A DNA stretch of 64,000 bases from Tubulanus polymorphus (Eukaryota > Animalia > Nemertea): the NCBI RefSeq assembly GCF_964204645.1, contig NC_134032.1:2228416-2292415 (forward strand), in the 5' to 3' direction. The position numbers were made by a program, and so were the translations under genes. Shown here piece after piece: positions 18,415 through 32,329 of this stretch; position 1 is the first letter of the stretch; each line of letters starts with the position of its first letter. The notes beneath the pieces were generated by a model. The model was not told where the DNA came from and did no database searches. It worked only from the letters and a program-made list of their open reading frames with translations.

Positions 18415-18556
18415 CCCTTTCAGTGCGTCTACACCGCAGTGCGGTGTAGACGCACTATAGTGGTATTCCCGTTATTCAACACATAGGGTGGAATTTTTTA
18501 GAATTTTCAAATTTTCTCCAGCACTATAGGGTATTAATTAGTCAGCACTGAAAGGG
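18415..18556. mobile_element. piggyBac-like MITE
   Basis: TTAA|CCCTTTCAGTGC ... GCACTGAAAGGG|TTTTAA; internal perfect palindrome AGTGCGTCTACACCGCA-G-TGCGGTGTAGACGCACT. Confidence 0.75.
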
Positions 18557-19627
18557 TTTTAAGAATTCTTTTTTCTATTACTTGAGTATTTTCCTTCAAA
18601 TAATGGAAGAAATGAAAAAAAAAACTTTTTTTGGCAAATCATTATATGCAAATTGGGGTGAATAAAACTTGTACAAGTTACTAGATTTAAAATCAAGACG
18701 ATCATATCAAAATTTTGTTCTTTTTTTCAATTGTACAATCGTGATGAAAACACGAAGGATGACAAGCAAAAAATTATAATTTTTTTTAATGATTTATTGC
18801 AGAATTCCGGGAGGCGGATCTGAAGGTACCCAAGTAATTAAAAAGACCAAAGCAGAAAGGAAAAATGAGGTATCAATTTTCATAGTCTATTACCCTCAAC
18901 AATCTGTACAATATGAAAGATTATACATAATGTTATGATTATTATAACATTATGTTGAATATAAAACTGGGGTTTCGGAAAAAGCAAGGCTTGTATAAAC
19001 TGAAACCCTGAAACGGAATGCTAAATGTACTTAAACTAGTAGTTGGCCGAAATGGAACTTCTATGCAAAATTAAAATTTCAAAGTTGATAAGCGAACCCG
19101 CAAAAACCCCAACTCGATTTCTATCCATCGAGGCATTCCTGCTCTATCGATCGTTATGGGAATGCAATCACGTGACGTTTGTTTTGGCAGACGATGAATT
19201 CGAGTTCGACGGTCTGGTTGTCATTAGACGCATTGTTGCGGCTATACCACCTGTGACGGGTTGCCGGTATTCGCAGGCCAGGGGTCACTGTGTATAGCTA
19301 CTGTCCTCTCTCGCGCGAGTGATGGCCGCTTTCCCAGGCTACCGATATCGGTGACCTATTGATCGCGATTCGTCGCTAAGACGCCACCGTCACCGGCAAA
19401 ACATGAACTAAAATAATATTTCTTCATCACAGCAAAAGTGATGAGTGATGAAGGCATGGGGCCAGTTGTTGTTGAGAAGTACATAAGTTATACTAATATC
19501 CGATTTCATGAACCTTTTTATCGCACAGAATGTCATAGTACAAAATCATTTTCTGTCATTTTAAATCAGCGGATAAAAATCTAATTTAGAGATTGGTATC
19601 TTCACTAGTTTTATGTCTACTTATCAA

Positions 19628-19905
19628 GCGAGTGCTGTGGGCGAGTGGTTAGAGCGTGCGACTGTGGGGTGCCAGGTCGTGGGTTCGAACCCCGTACTTT
19701 ACCGTAGTGTCCTCGGGCAGGACACGTATCCTCAGTGCCTCTCTCTACCCAGGAGTAAATGGCTACCAGGCCTCAAAGATGAATCCTGAACGGCTAGAAG
19801 CTGCTCGGATGTTACTTCTCCTCAGGGAGAGATGACGGATACATGGAATAGAGTAATAGGCTGGGGGTAATAATACTTTAAAATACATAATAAATGCCAA
19901 TTATT
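19628..19905 (+). mobile_element. tRNA-derived SINE with CORE-like central domain
   Basis: A-box-like GAGTGGTTAGAGCG, B box GGTTCGAACC, then GTGTCCTCGGGCAGGACAC...GCCTCTCTCTACCCAGGAGTAAATGG; homologous copy at 24646-24895. Confidence 0.85.
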
Positions 19906-20764
19906 ATCGTGTCATATTTTTCACTGAACCCTTGAGAAATTTTTCTAAGAATATCAGTTTACCTTAAACGCGAAACTGCAATGGGATACCGGCACCACCA
20001 GATGGCGCAACAAAAAACTGGGCCATTCGTAGCGAAAGTCAGTTCATTATCGATGGAATTTGAACCTAATTTTTAGGATTGCTAAGCCGAAAATGATCAA
20101 ACGATAGATATAAGATTCGCTTTCTCATTCAGTGTGTGGTATTGATTTCACTGAAAATTGATTTACTGATCAGAAAATTTGAGTCAAATTTAATAGCAAT
20201 TTACAAGAAATTGAAGCGCGGTCACCCAGTACCACTAGCGATCCTGGTGGATTATCGCTGAATCCTCGCTTCCCTCAGGACCCTTGCCGGTCCCGAGTTA
20301 GCTGCGAATTTTTAAACGGGGTCCCGACCGCTTCCCGATGCAAGTTTGAAAACACGATCTTCTTATTTGACTTCTGAATTTCGAATCAATCCGCGGCGAT
20401 GACGTTTTACCCGCCGCCCACAGCGTCCCGCGTTCACCGACTCGAGTTCTAGGCAAATTTACATTCGTTTTCGATCGTCGAAATATATAAACAAACGGCG
20501 GGTACAAGGTTCGCGTGCGCGGGCGGAGGAACGCACCTGACCGACCCCGCGTGAACTGTACCGAGTTACGGGAACATTCGACCGGAGAGGCCGTAGTGCA
20601 GGCAATGTGTACCAGGTGCCTTTTTTGTCCACGGCCGCCTTGCTCCAAACATAAGCTCGGTTTATTCTGAATATTTTCCCCTAATTTGTATCAGATCTTT
20701 TCATTTTGTGAGTCTCTCTGTTCTGGGATTTATAGATATATGTACATTACACAACTTTCTCATA

Positions 20765-21735
20765 ATATCAATATTGCTGAAGATGACTATTAGAATATAG
20801 TTGAATAAACTACACTAGCTCAAGGAAACATTTCAGACTCTTTTTATTCTTAGTGTGCAGGGATTTTATTTTATCTTTACAACACGGACTCAGAGTGTTT
20901 CATCAATGGTTATAATCAGGACACCATCAGTATTCCTGAAGATGACTATTAGGATATAGTCGAAACGTTGAATAAACTACACTAGCTCAAGGAAACATTT
21001 CAGACTCTTTTTATTCTTAGTGTGCAGGGATTTTATATTATCTTTACAACACGGACTCAGAGTGTTTCATCAATGGTTATAATCAGGACACCATCAGTAT
21101 TGCTGAAGATGACTATTAGGATATAGTCGAAACGTTGAATAAACTACACTAGCTCAAGGAAACATTTCAGACTCTTTTTATTCTTAGCGTGCAGGGATTT
21201 TATATTATCTTTACAACACGGACTCAGAGTGTTTCATCAATGGTTATAATGAGGACAACATCAGTATTCCTGAAGATGACTATTAGGATATAGTCGAAAC
21301 GTTGAATAAACTGCACTAGCTCAAGGAAACATTTCAGACTCTTTTTATTCTTAGTGTGCAGGGATTTTATATTATCTTTACAACACGGACTCAGAGTGTT
21401 TCATCAATGGTTATAATGAGGACAACATCAGTATTCCTGAAGATGACTATTAGGATATAGTCGAAACGTTGAATAAACTGCACTAGCTCAAGGAAATATT
21501 TCAGACTCTTTTTATTCTTAGTGTGCAGGGATTTTATATTATCTTTACAACCGAGACTCAAGAGTGTTTCATCAATGGTTATAATGAGGACAACATCAGT
21601 ATTCCTGAAGATGACTAATAGAATATAGTTGAATAAACTACACTAGCGCAAGGAAACATTTCAGACTCTTTTTACTCTTAGTGTGCAGGGATTTTATATT
21701 ATCTTTACGCCATGGACTCAAGAGTGTTTCACCAA
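20765..21735 (+). ncRNA. Tandem array (~6 x 167 bp) of units carrying a minimal type-I hammerhead ribozyme (retrozyme/Penelope-like)
   Basis: e.g. 20931-20974: TATTC-CTGAAGA-T-GACTAT-TAGGAT-ATAGTC-GAAA-CG-T-T-GAATA (stem I, CUGANGA core, stem II, GAAA, palindromic ACGT stem III); cores at 20931, 21098, 21265, 21432. Confidence 0.8.
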
Positions 21736-22379
21736 GAGTAGCTCGCATCAAGTTTACCAACAATAGCGCCGCTCAAAACTATTCCATTCACTAAAATAAT
21801 GTGAATAAATCCTCCCGCCTATTTACGCTTTGAATATACTCTGTTCATTTTTTGGCTCGGGTACAATTTCACTGTCACTCGGTCGATCTTTATCCTATTA
21901 TCGACACGTGCCGTGACACGTGTCCAACTGCGGGTAGCTAGTCTCTTTAAACACGACTCGATTTTTAGCGACCGCGAAAAGTGACGTGCACACACACGCG
22001 CGCGCGCGCACCCGGCCCAATCAACCAACCATCTCATAATATTTTGATCGAGCGTCTACGTTACGGAAAATTACGCGAGGGTTTTGTGTCGCGATGAATT
22101 AGAATCGAAATTGAAAATCTCTAAATTGCTTTAAATTGGTCTCGATGATTTGTGTCGTGGGTATTTCACGAAAACACCACGCGCTGACGCACATTGTTCA
22201 TTTCAGCGCGCACGTGTTTGCTTTGCAACAAAAGTTTTGGATACTTACAACTTTGGATTTTGAGTTAATCTTAGTTCCATATACCATGGAGTAAGCATGT
22301 GTCAAATGATTTATCAAGTATATGAGCTTAGAATTCAGCAAAGGTTTTCTAGATAAAACCATTTAGATCCGTTTATTTG

Positions 22380-22900
22380 GAAATTGATAATGAACCACAG
22401 ACACCGGAAATTATCAGCAGCACACATTCAAAAACTGATCGTCCAAACTTCCAGAACTTCACCTGAGACATTTTCAATTGAAAATGAACTACAATCACCG
22501 GACATTAGACATTTTATCAGCAAACTTTCAAAAACTGATCGTCCATACTTCCCATGTGTTCACTGCTTCACCTGAGACATTTTTTATTGAAAATGAACTA
22601 CAAACACCAGATATTAGACATTTTATCAGCAAACTTTCAAAAACTGATCGTCCACACTTCACATGTGTTCACTGCTTCACCTGAGACATTTTTTATTGAA
22701 AATGAACTACAAACACCAGATATTAGACATTTTATCAGCACACTTTCAAAAACTAATCGTCTACAATTCACATGTGTTCAGTGCTTCACCTGAGACATTT
22801 TTTATTGAAAAAAAACTACAAACATCAGATATAAGACATTTTATCAGCAAAAAATGATCGTCCACACTTCACATGTGTTCAGAACTTCATCTGAGATTCT
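22380..22900 (+). repeat. 109-bp satellite-like tandem array (~4.5 copies)
   Basis: Unit CCTGAGACATTTTTTATTGAAAATGAACTACAAACACCAGATATTAGACATTTTATCAGC...; consecutive starts at 22571 and 22680. Confidence 0.92.
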
Positions 22901-24104
22901 ATCTAAAATGGACAATGTCTCGGTAACCTTAATTAAGAATGTTGGTATTGATACCTAGTACCTTCCACAGGAAATGTTTTGAATAGTTTGATTAGAATAC
23001 ATGATAAGAGAGAGACTCGGCCTGTAGACTGCCTGCTAGGGCAAACTTCCCAAAAATGATCTCCCTATAAAACTGCGGTTACACGGGACTTTTAATTACG
23101 ACTCTCAAACCAACATAGAGCCACTGGGTCGTGCGCGTGATACAGCCATCTGCGCGTCACTCACGATCCGTCAAATTCTCTCAAGTTCTCAAGATGAAAA
23201 TAACCACCGTTAAGAACGCTTCTCCGGCGCGATAAAGCCGAATGACGGGTTATTTATGAACCTATCGAGGGCATAGAAACAAACCAATCGGGCTTCTATT
23301 GTGGCACCTGAAGTCGAGTCGGTTCATCAATATTTCACGCGCTTCGTCTTCGCCGAGTTTACCCAGCGTCGACGTTTCGGCCGATCGGTCTTGTCGAGTG
23401 CGCGTTTAACGACCACTCGCGCGCGGCTGTCGCCGATGCGGTGAGAAGGCGCGCGCGTTAATGTGACCGCGGAGGGCCATTACGCGCCGCGGTAATTCAC
23501 TTAAGCGTCGATAAACAACGTGGGAATTAGCGTGGCGATATTTGATTGTTAGGTTGTGAGGCTAACTGCAGGCCAATTTGTCAAAATACCCTCGCGTCAG
23601 TCGGGACAGCTATTGGTCGTGACAAAATAATGGCGCGTCGTATTTTTCTTAAAATAGGGAAATTTCCCTCTATATTTCTGTCTATTTGTATGATTGTTTG
23701 ATGAATGATCGAAAACTCGGGGAATTCGGATTTAATGGTTTCTGTATGATTCAATGAATGAAAAAAGAAACATCTTTAAGTTTGACATTTTGTGTAAAGA
23801 CATGGAAAAACCAAGGAAAACGTAGACGGTTTGAAATAAGGAGGAAGGTTGCCACCCTGCCACACCTATCGGCAACGACACAAACGCGTTTTCCTTAAAA
23901 GCTTTCGTTTTCTGGTTGTTCGTTTGTTTTTTTTTTTTTTTAGTGAATTGTAACTCTTTATCTTCCATACCATGGAAATGTTTGGAGCGTAAATTGATAT
24001 ATTTTCTATTATATTCTAAAATCTAAATGCTTAAAGAAAATGATAATAAATCATCCGTTATTCAATCAGATATTATACTTTTTATTACAATTTCCTGATG
24101 AAGA

Positions 24105-24208
<104 letters not shown>

Positions 24209-24645
24209 TATTATCTTAGAAACCTATACGAAATGCCTTTTTGCTTTTGTCCAATTCTCCAAAAACGAAAACGAATTTAAGGCCTCGATGCCACGGTAAC
24301 ATATGGGACCGAATACAAATATTTGAAATCTTCCAGCTACGGCTTCATAACGCGCTGATCCTCCGGTCTTTAACTAAACAATAACCGCCGAACTTCGCGA
24401 CTTTGTTGCCAACAAGCTTCGAAAAACAAACATATCCATTTCAATAGACAATCGCTCGATTGGTCTCTTTGCTCAATTAATAGCGGGTTATTGTTTGAGT
24501 TACGGATTTCGAATGCGCGTTGAATTACAAATTTGCATTTGAGATCGTTTAGGAATCGTTTAGTTTGACCAAAGCGTTATTGTAGCGTCTCTGGGGCTAA
24601 ATTTCGATTAACCGCGGAACCTGTTCAAATGCGCTCCAAATTTGG

Positions 24646-24895
24646 TATTATTACCCCCAGCCTTTAACTCTATTCCATGTATCAGTCACCTTTCCCTGGG
24701 TAGAGGTAACATCCGAGCAGCTGCTAGGCGCTCATGAGTCATCTATCAGACCAGGTACCCATTTTACCCCTGGGTGGAGAGAGGCAAATGAGGATAAGTG
24801 TCTTGCCCGAGGACACTACGGTAATGTACGGGGTTCGAACCCACGACCTTGCTTCCCAGAGTCGAACGCTCTAACCACTGGCCCACACCGCTCGC
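24646..24895 (-). mobile_element. tRNA-derived SINE, second copy
   Basis: Reverse-complement homologue of 19628-19880 with A/B boxes and GTGTCCTCGGGCAAGACACTTATCCTC core. Confidence 0.85.
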
Positions 24896-25239
24896 TCGGG
24901 GTGGGCGGTGATCAACCAATACGCTTGGGGTTACGAAGCTATCCACGATACCCAACGATATTCCAGAGCCATGGCTTCGTAGCTTGCATGGTAGAGTGGG
25001 GGTACTAAATTTAAGGACCCAACGCGGCAGTTAAGTCAGAATACTAGCGGAAAATTGGAAATCTGCGGTCCAGCTGAAAGGAAAAGGCATTTCATAGATA
25101 AAGTAGCCATGTTTGTTATAGGCTATTAGCGGTTATTCACCGTCGTCGATGTTAGATAATTTTTGAAGAACAAAAATAAAAAAGACGATCCAAAAATATG
25201 CAATGTCCGAGGCGATGAGTGTCAAATTTACTGGTTTAA

Positions 25240-25818
25240 CCCTTTCGCTGCGTACACGCTTGCACCGCCCCCTACGTAAGGTATTTTCCGAAAAATTCGA
25301 TTTTTTTCAAATTGTTTTTAACCCCGATTTTTCGCGTTTTTATCGAAGATTATGATGTTATTTAGTGAAAATCAGTAAAAAATCATACCAACAGCCTTTT
25401 CTGTAGGGGGGGGGGGCGTGTTGGGGGGGGGGGTCAGGATGGGTTAGAAATTTTTTTTTTTCAGTTTTTCACCAAAGTGCCTATCTCAGTCTTTGGTGAT
25501 TGATGCTACGGTGTGGATGAAAGAAATTCAATTGATATGGGATATCCTTTTCCGCTGGTAGAGGTACGTAAGTGGGGAGCCATCTCAATCCCGCACAAAT
25601 TACCATGTGCTCAACAGGCTGACAGCACCAACTACTGACGCATTTTCGCCATCTGTTGTTTAGAAAGCTAACTATCTTGTCTTACATGCGTTTCCATACT
25701 GTTTGCTGTGTACGCGTTCGAGTTATAAATCAATAGGTGCATGACGTTTCTACAACGTCATACGCACAGCACGTGTCACTCATATGACGTTTCCAAAACG
25801 TCACACGTAGCGAAAGGG
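25240..25818. mobile_element. Non-autonomous piggyBac-like element (579 bp)
   Basis: TTAA|CCCTTTCGCTGCGT ... ACGTAGCGAAAGGG|TTAA: TTAA duplication on both sides and CCC..GGG TIRs. Confidence 0.85.
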
Positions 25819-27794
25819 TTAAACAATCGGGGAGGCAGGGGTCCGAACGCCCGAGACCACCCCCTTAGAACCCACCACTATACACCCAATGCTTGCTTGC
25901 AGGACAGAACGGGAGTGCCAATGTGTAGATCAAGTTTAAGAAAAGCCTCATTTGCCTCAAAGGATGGGTGCAAATCTGTATAAATGGTCTCACCGTTTAT
26001 GTACCATATAACCCAGGTCCAGGAAGTTTTTAGGACCCATATTCTAAATTCGAAAATGCGATGCTACATGATTTTTAAATCTTGCTTTACGACTACGGTT
26101 ACCTGCCCATCTTTTTTTATCTAGCCATTTTAAAAACGCTTCTCGTGAACGATGCCGCGCTCTGGGTAAACGTGTATGTTTAATATATGTGTCAATTTCA
26201 TTTGTTTGTCTTTGTAATGTAACCGACCTGAACTCCGTGTATGCTTTATATTTTACATTCAGCTCATCCGGGCTTTTAGAGTAGTCGGTCGTGTTTATTA
26301 ACCGGATTAAAAGCTTAACTTCCGAAGTCGAGTGTGTTGTTTGCTCGAGCGCTAAGAAAGACGAAATCGAAATTAACCGGTCATCCGCCCGCACACCGTA
26401 TCATAAGTAGTATACACAATATCATTAAATCAAGACTGACAGGTCCGTCAGGCTAAAAGAAAAAGACGTTTCGTTTCTTCGTAGAGCAGGCCTGGTCGGT
26501 TTAAAGACGTCGTTTCAGCTATAAATAGATATTCGACTTATTTTCTAGATATAGATATCTAATTGATTTAATCTTCATTTTATTCCTACGGCAAAATAGA
26601 ACGCTCATGGAGCATAACAAACATTTTTTACAATATACAAATTATAGCCTGATAGAAAAGTAGATTTTCGTAATTTTGGCTAATTGTAAAGGCTACTTGG
26701 TCGGTCAATTCTTAGATATTTAACAATTTTCCTTTTTTAATTCTACAAAAACATGAAAAAAATTGATGTTGGTCAATTTATTATTTTAAACTCTGAGTTA
26801 AAATCATTTCATTTTTAATGAGTTAACTTTTTTAGGTCAAATCTAAACAAATGTGGAAATAAATACACAGTTGTGGGCCAGAGTTAACTCTGAGTGAAAG
26901 TCAGTTCATTTTAATGAATCTTAACTCACAAGTGCAACTTCGTTCACTGTTGTGGGCCACAGTTAACCCAGAGTAAAAGTCAGTTCATTTTGATAAATCT
27001 TAACTCACAAAATGTGGAACTGAGTCCACACTGGGCCACGGAGTTGAAATCCGTTCATTTTGCGAGTAAACTCTTGAGTCAAAAATCAATTCTAAACCCA
27101 CAACTCTTTAGAACCGGGATCTTGAGAAACGAGGCTTCTCTATGTCGGCCATAGATTTAAAGAGAGTCCACATAACGAATATCTGTAAACTTTCAATTTT
27201 TGTTTGTTTATGGTTCGACTGCGCGTCTCGCAATTGTACAAAGTAACGACGGCTCGGCGTATTAAAGTAACTCGGCTGTTTGCACGAACTAAGATCGTTG
27301 TGTTTGCTAAACAAACACCTTTCGGCGACGCGGTTCTTGATCCGTACGGTTTTGAAATGTATCTCGGACACCGACAAAAGATCGTCTTCTGGTCGAAAGC
27401 TACCGCATCTGCCGGAGCCCGGCTCCGTGCAACAGGTCCATGTTGATGAATGTGTTTGAAATAGTTTGTTGTATCAGTAATATAACATATATAGTTACGT
27501 GCCCGCACCATCAGCATGGTCATCAACATGCATTCCCGAAGGGGACTACTGTAGGATATTGTTGAAAAGTCCAATAAGTTAACTCTTCTTAGAATAGGGA
27601 TTGATCCTGTTTTAGTTGATTTAGTTTGATTCGCTTTGATTTCATTGTTGTCCCTTACAAACCCACCACACCTGCCGGGAACGAAACAGGGGGTTTGATT
27701 TTGAAACCGGAAATCGAAGTACGTGCATTTATATAGTTGTGTGATCCGCGGTCGAATTTACAGAATTATTCGTTTAAATCAAAGTTCACAATAA

Positions 27795-28130
27795 GAAATT
27801 TCAGACTCATTTTATTGTTAGTGTACATTTTATATTATCTTTACAAAACGGACTCAGAGTGTTTCATTAATGGTTATAATGAGGACAACATCAGTATTCC
27901 TGAAGATGACTATCAGGATATAGTCGAAACGTTGAATAAACTACACTAGCTCAAGGAAACATTTCAGACTCTTTTTATTCTTAGTGTGCAGGGATTTTAT
28001 ATTATCTTTACAACACGGACTCAGAGTGTTTCATCAATGGTTATAATGAGGACAACATCAGTATTCCTGAAGATGACTATTAGGATATAGTCGAAACTTT
28101 GAATAAACTACACTAGCTCAAGGAAACTAG
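27795..28130 (+). ncRNA. Second hammerhead-containing 167-bp array (2 units)
   Basis: Same unit; intact core at ~27895-27938 with a substitution confined to the stem II loop (CAGGAT). Confidence 0.75.
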
Positions 28131-28724
28131 AAATCTCTGACTAGCTTGAGGGTAAAATAAATCTTGATCATTTGGGTTAGATTTTTTGTAACTTTTTTAC
28201 TTATTTTGTTGATAACGTCACAGAGATTCTTCTGAGAAAAGTCGACCGGCAAACAACGAAATAAAGCAAAACACACAAGAACTTTTCATTTCACGACTCT
28301 CAAAATCGATAAACACCGACTTCAAAACGCGTAGAATACAATGACGACAATAAAAGATCCTAAAACTTTCACCGAAACGCGAAGCGGTTTTGGGCTATCA
28401 AACGGAGGCGGCGCGTTACAAAGCCACTTTTATGCTTTTATACCGAACGGTAGCCAAATAAAAAGTGACTAAATTGACGAATAAAAACGCCATAAAACCA
28501 CAAACCGTTTATAGACCTACCACACGATAAAGATCGAATATACCTTTATGACTTCTGTGTCGAAATAGCGAGGGTCTGAAGTGTAAAAGAAACCAAAACC
28601 GGCTTGGTTTCATCCGCGCCCTGGTCCAAACGTGTTCTTCCCACTAGCCCTGGTTACGTGTTCAGGTATCCGCTTCCTGGACCTGTGGACCTGGACCTGG
28701 CCCCCTTAGACATTCGATAAAAAT

Positions 28725-29195
28725 AAGCACACCTTCAAAAACTGATCGTCCACACTTCAAATGTGTTCAGTGCTTCACCTGACACATTTCTAATTGAAAA
28801 TGAACTACAAACACCAGACATTAGACATTTCATCAGCACACTTTCAAAAACTGATCGCCCACACTTCACATGTGTTCACAACTTCACCTGAGACATTTCG
28901 AATTGAAAATGAACTACAAACACCAGACATTAGACATTTTATCAGCACACTTTCAAAAACTGATCATCCACACTTCACATGTGTTCATGGCTTCACCTGA
29001 GACATTTCTAATTGAAAATGAACTACAAACACCAGACATTAGACATTTCATCAGCACACTTTCAAAAACTGATCGCCCACACTTCACATGTGTTCAGAAC
29101 TTCACCTGAGACGTTTTCAATTGAAAATGTACTACAAACACCAGATATTAGACATATCATCAGCACAATTTCGTAAGCTGATCGTCCACTCATGG
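28725..29195 (+). repeat. 109-bp satellite-like tandem array (~4 copies)
   Basis: Same unit as 22380-22900. Confidence 0.92.
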
Positions 29196-30439
29196 CCGTG
29201 TTCCGTATCCTGGACTTCACAAGCCTAGATATTATATTAAGAATTGAATTCTAACGACCACCTTTAAAAGCACAAAAATGCTAAACATTACAGTATTGGA
29301 ATGCAGTTACGTAAGGATATTGTTTAGCTGGGTTAGCTGCAGGTTACGGATTAGATAACGTCAGTACCCAGTCTATCCCCATTCTCCACTCAGGAAGAGA
29401 TACTCATTTTATTGAAATCATGTCTAGTTACAAGCGCAAATGAAATTTATTTACACTCATCACCTCAACGAGAGGTATACAGAGGGACATATAATAAACT
29501 CTCAATTTCTAGCGCCATCTTACGATACTTCGGATAAACTACACGTATACGGTACGTGACGAGAGGGTTTGTAGATAAAGCCCTGTAAACCTGGGTTAGA
29601 ACAACGAGTTGGGAAGTGGTTAGGCTCAGTCGCCTGAAGCAGAGCCCGTACCAAGGTTGCTGCCCAGATATTTGGGAAAAGTGCCCTTACAAACACATGA
29701 CGTAGGCTGTATCCAATAGAACATTCCTTATTCACGATCCTCCAACACCCACCCCCCCCCCCCCCCCCCCCCACACCCCACACCCCAGAGCCCCCCCTAA
29801 AAAGTAACTCAAATGCTAGGCACGGGCCTATGATGAAGCTATACATTAGCATCACCAGATCGTGTATACTCCGAACAAACCAGTTCCAAGTTCGTACGGG
29901 TTTAAGGCGAGGTTTTTCTACTGTACTGGCAATTCCTTTTACCCACACGCCATCTATTGGTCATCACTGTTACTACGTATTAGAAACGACCGGCAAAAAA
30001 ACTTCCAGGGTTCAAACACATCAGACACCGTGAACCTTGATATTTCATCCGCATTTTGGGAGGTAAAAATGTATTGATGTTACCTCTAAAAGTACCTCGG
30101 AAAAGATGTTCGGCTCTGAATCGATTCAACAAAAAAAAAAAACAGTAAAAAATTCGTTCTTCTAAATCTCTTTCGACCAAAGACGAGCTTCGTACGAAGA
30201 GTTTTTTACTGGCTTGTATCGTCAATGCGTACTCCACGCTTGGTTTTGCGAAGCAAGAAAAAATATTCACACAATGTGAGGCCATTACGACAACGGCGAC
30301 AAATCGCGAAACGCATTTGCAGAGCGAATAACTATATTTACATTCGATTTAAAATTCATGAATAATAAATTCCACGATGTCGTGAGAAATATGAATATTG
30401 TCGCGATAAATTGGAAACAACTTTGTTTATTGCGGCGTT

Positions 30440-31308
30440 TTAACCGTGCACTTTTTCGCACACGAACGGCCATGTTTCCGCAGGGTTGTTACATTTCACG
30501 TCGATCCAAGTCAGTTCGCCGTTCAACAGGGATAAACAGATCGGACCCGAATTCGGGTCGTCATTCGGTTCGCCGTCGGTCCAGTAATCGTAGTCTATCG
30601 AAACGTTCGAAGTTTTCCATTTCCACTGACCATCGATTAAAGCGCCCCCTATGTGCGTGTAGACTAAATCAATGAAAAGAAGAGACGCGTCGTTAAGAAT
30701 TACCGCGGTAATCTTGGATCCCACCTGTGGTGAGTGAGGATCCACCAGATGTCGCTAGTGTGCAGCTGGACATTAACTACAGCTGGAATAGAAGTTTCCG
30801 CTAGTGGCAAGTGAGGATTCACCAGATGGCGCTTGGGTGCAGTAGGGCACCGATGTTCTGTAATTCTGTTTACAGTAGGTTGATGTAATTCTTAACGATT
30901 GACATCAAGGAAAGGTTAATCCGATTTCAATTGAAATGTGAAGAAATTGAAGCGCGGATGCCCGAAAGACAACTAGTGACACCTGGCGGACACCCACACA
31001 CGGCGAGTAAGATCCTCGATTGCCACAGAAGGCCTATTATTGCGGGATTCTCAAGGTAACCTCATAGAAAATTAACAGTTAAGTGAAATAATCTAGACAT
31101 TTACACGCTGTATACTGCAGTTTGATACGTTGAGCCAGAGAATCCATTATCTTGCGAGTTCTCGGTTCCGCGAGTCTGAGACCAGTATTTTTGCAGTGTG
31201 TGAAGCTATCGAGCCAGCTTTTACGGGTTCCCGGTATGACGTAGAAACACTGGTCCCCCGCGACGCTCTGCACGTAACCCGGGTCTTTCGGGCAAGGTAT
31301 ATAGGACG
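30440..31308 (-). CDS. C-type lectin domain protein (EPN motif); exons 31308-31105 and 30663-30440; upstream exon(s) unresolved
   Basis: Spliced in phase: CPKDPGY...QCFYV...KSWLDSFTHCKNTGLRLAEPR...|FYTHIGG...WKW...YDYWTDGEPNDD...CLSL...WIDVKCNN...PFVCEK*; canonical CTLD Cys/Trp pattern. Confidence 0.9.
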
Positions 31309-32329
31309 CTACAATTGAAAACGAAAAGAAAGTTGACAAAAATAGAAAGCGCGAAGCAAGGAATAGAAATCCCACATGTTCTTAAACATAAAAACGAAAC
31401 AATAATCTTCAGATGTACGATGTACCAAATTTAGCAACCAACAAAATAAACCCCCAGTTCGTTGCTTGTCGGTTCAGAATATTTGGCAGATTGATTTCTA
31501 TTTTTTCTTATCAGATCATTTACAAAGAAAATTGTAACTATTTACGTAAATTATGAGGAGGATGTACATCTACAATGTAAAATGGTGCAATATCAATATC
31601 GATTGATGGATGATAACCCCTAAAATATGAGAAATGGAAAAAAATAATGTTCAGCCCCTGATGGTATAGTTACTTCCAAAATCTCGATGAACCAAAACAA
31701 GCAGTCATCAAAATTAACCCCAATCAGTCGCTTGCCAGTTCAGACTGGAGGAAGGCAATTATTTACATCGATATAGAGAACAGATTCTGTAAAACTAGAC
31801 CCATCAGACAACTGTATCTGTACTTTTTCAGTTGCGATTTCAGATTTCAGAAATCAAACCCCTGTGTTTCCGCCCCGACAGGTGCGACTGGAGGGTTTTT
31901 GAGGAACACCAAATAGAATGTAGTCGAACCGAATCTATTCCAATTAAACAGTCGATCCTTATCTTAAGATCGAGAAAAATAACTCCAACACTAAAATGAC
32001 TGGGTCTGAAATGTTTTGCATGAGCTTATAGGCCTATTGACTCGATGTACTCTTATAGTCATCTTCAGCAATACTATTCCTACACTAATCATGCAAGTCG
32101 TCAACATAATCATCAATCTTTTTACCAATTCTACTCATATCAATGATGAGGTCCACGTAGCGCTCAGTCAACTGCTGATAGCGCTATACTGATGATTTCA
32201 TTGATTCGCACGGATTACAACTTTTTTACTCTAATCGTACGCATCATATCAGTCAGTTATCTCTTCATGGGGGAAATAACATCCCGAAAAACTACTACGA
32301 ACTCAGGAGTGATCTTTAAGGCTTAGTAG

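Noticed and set aside
19628-19700. Functional tRNA gene
   Set aside because: No clean cloverleaf; continues into a SINE body found again at 24646-24895
22384-22857. Repeated ORFs with CxxC-like 'CVHC'
   Set aside because: Frame-cycling products of a 109-bp repeat (not a multiple of 3)
31309-31375. Hydrophobic 'signal peptide' at the start of ORF 31079-31375
   Set aside because: Starts at GTG and is the translation of a polypyrimidine tract ending in TGTAG; treated as intron
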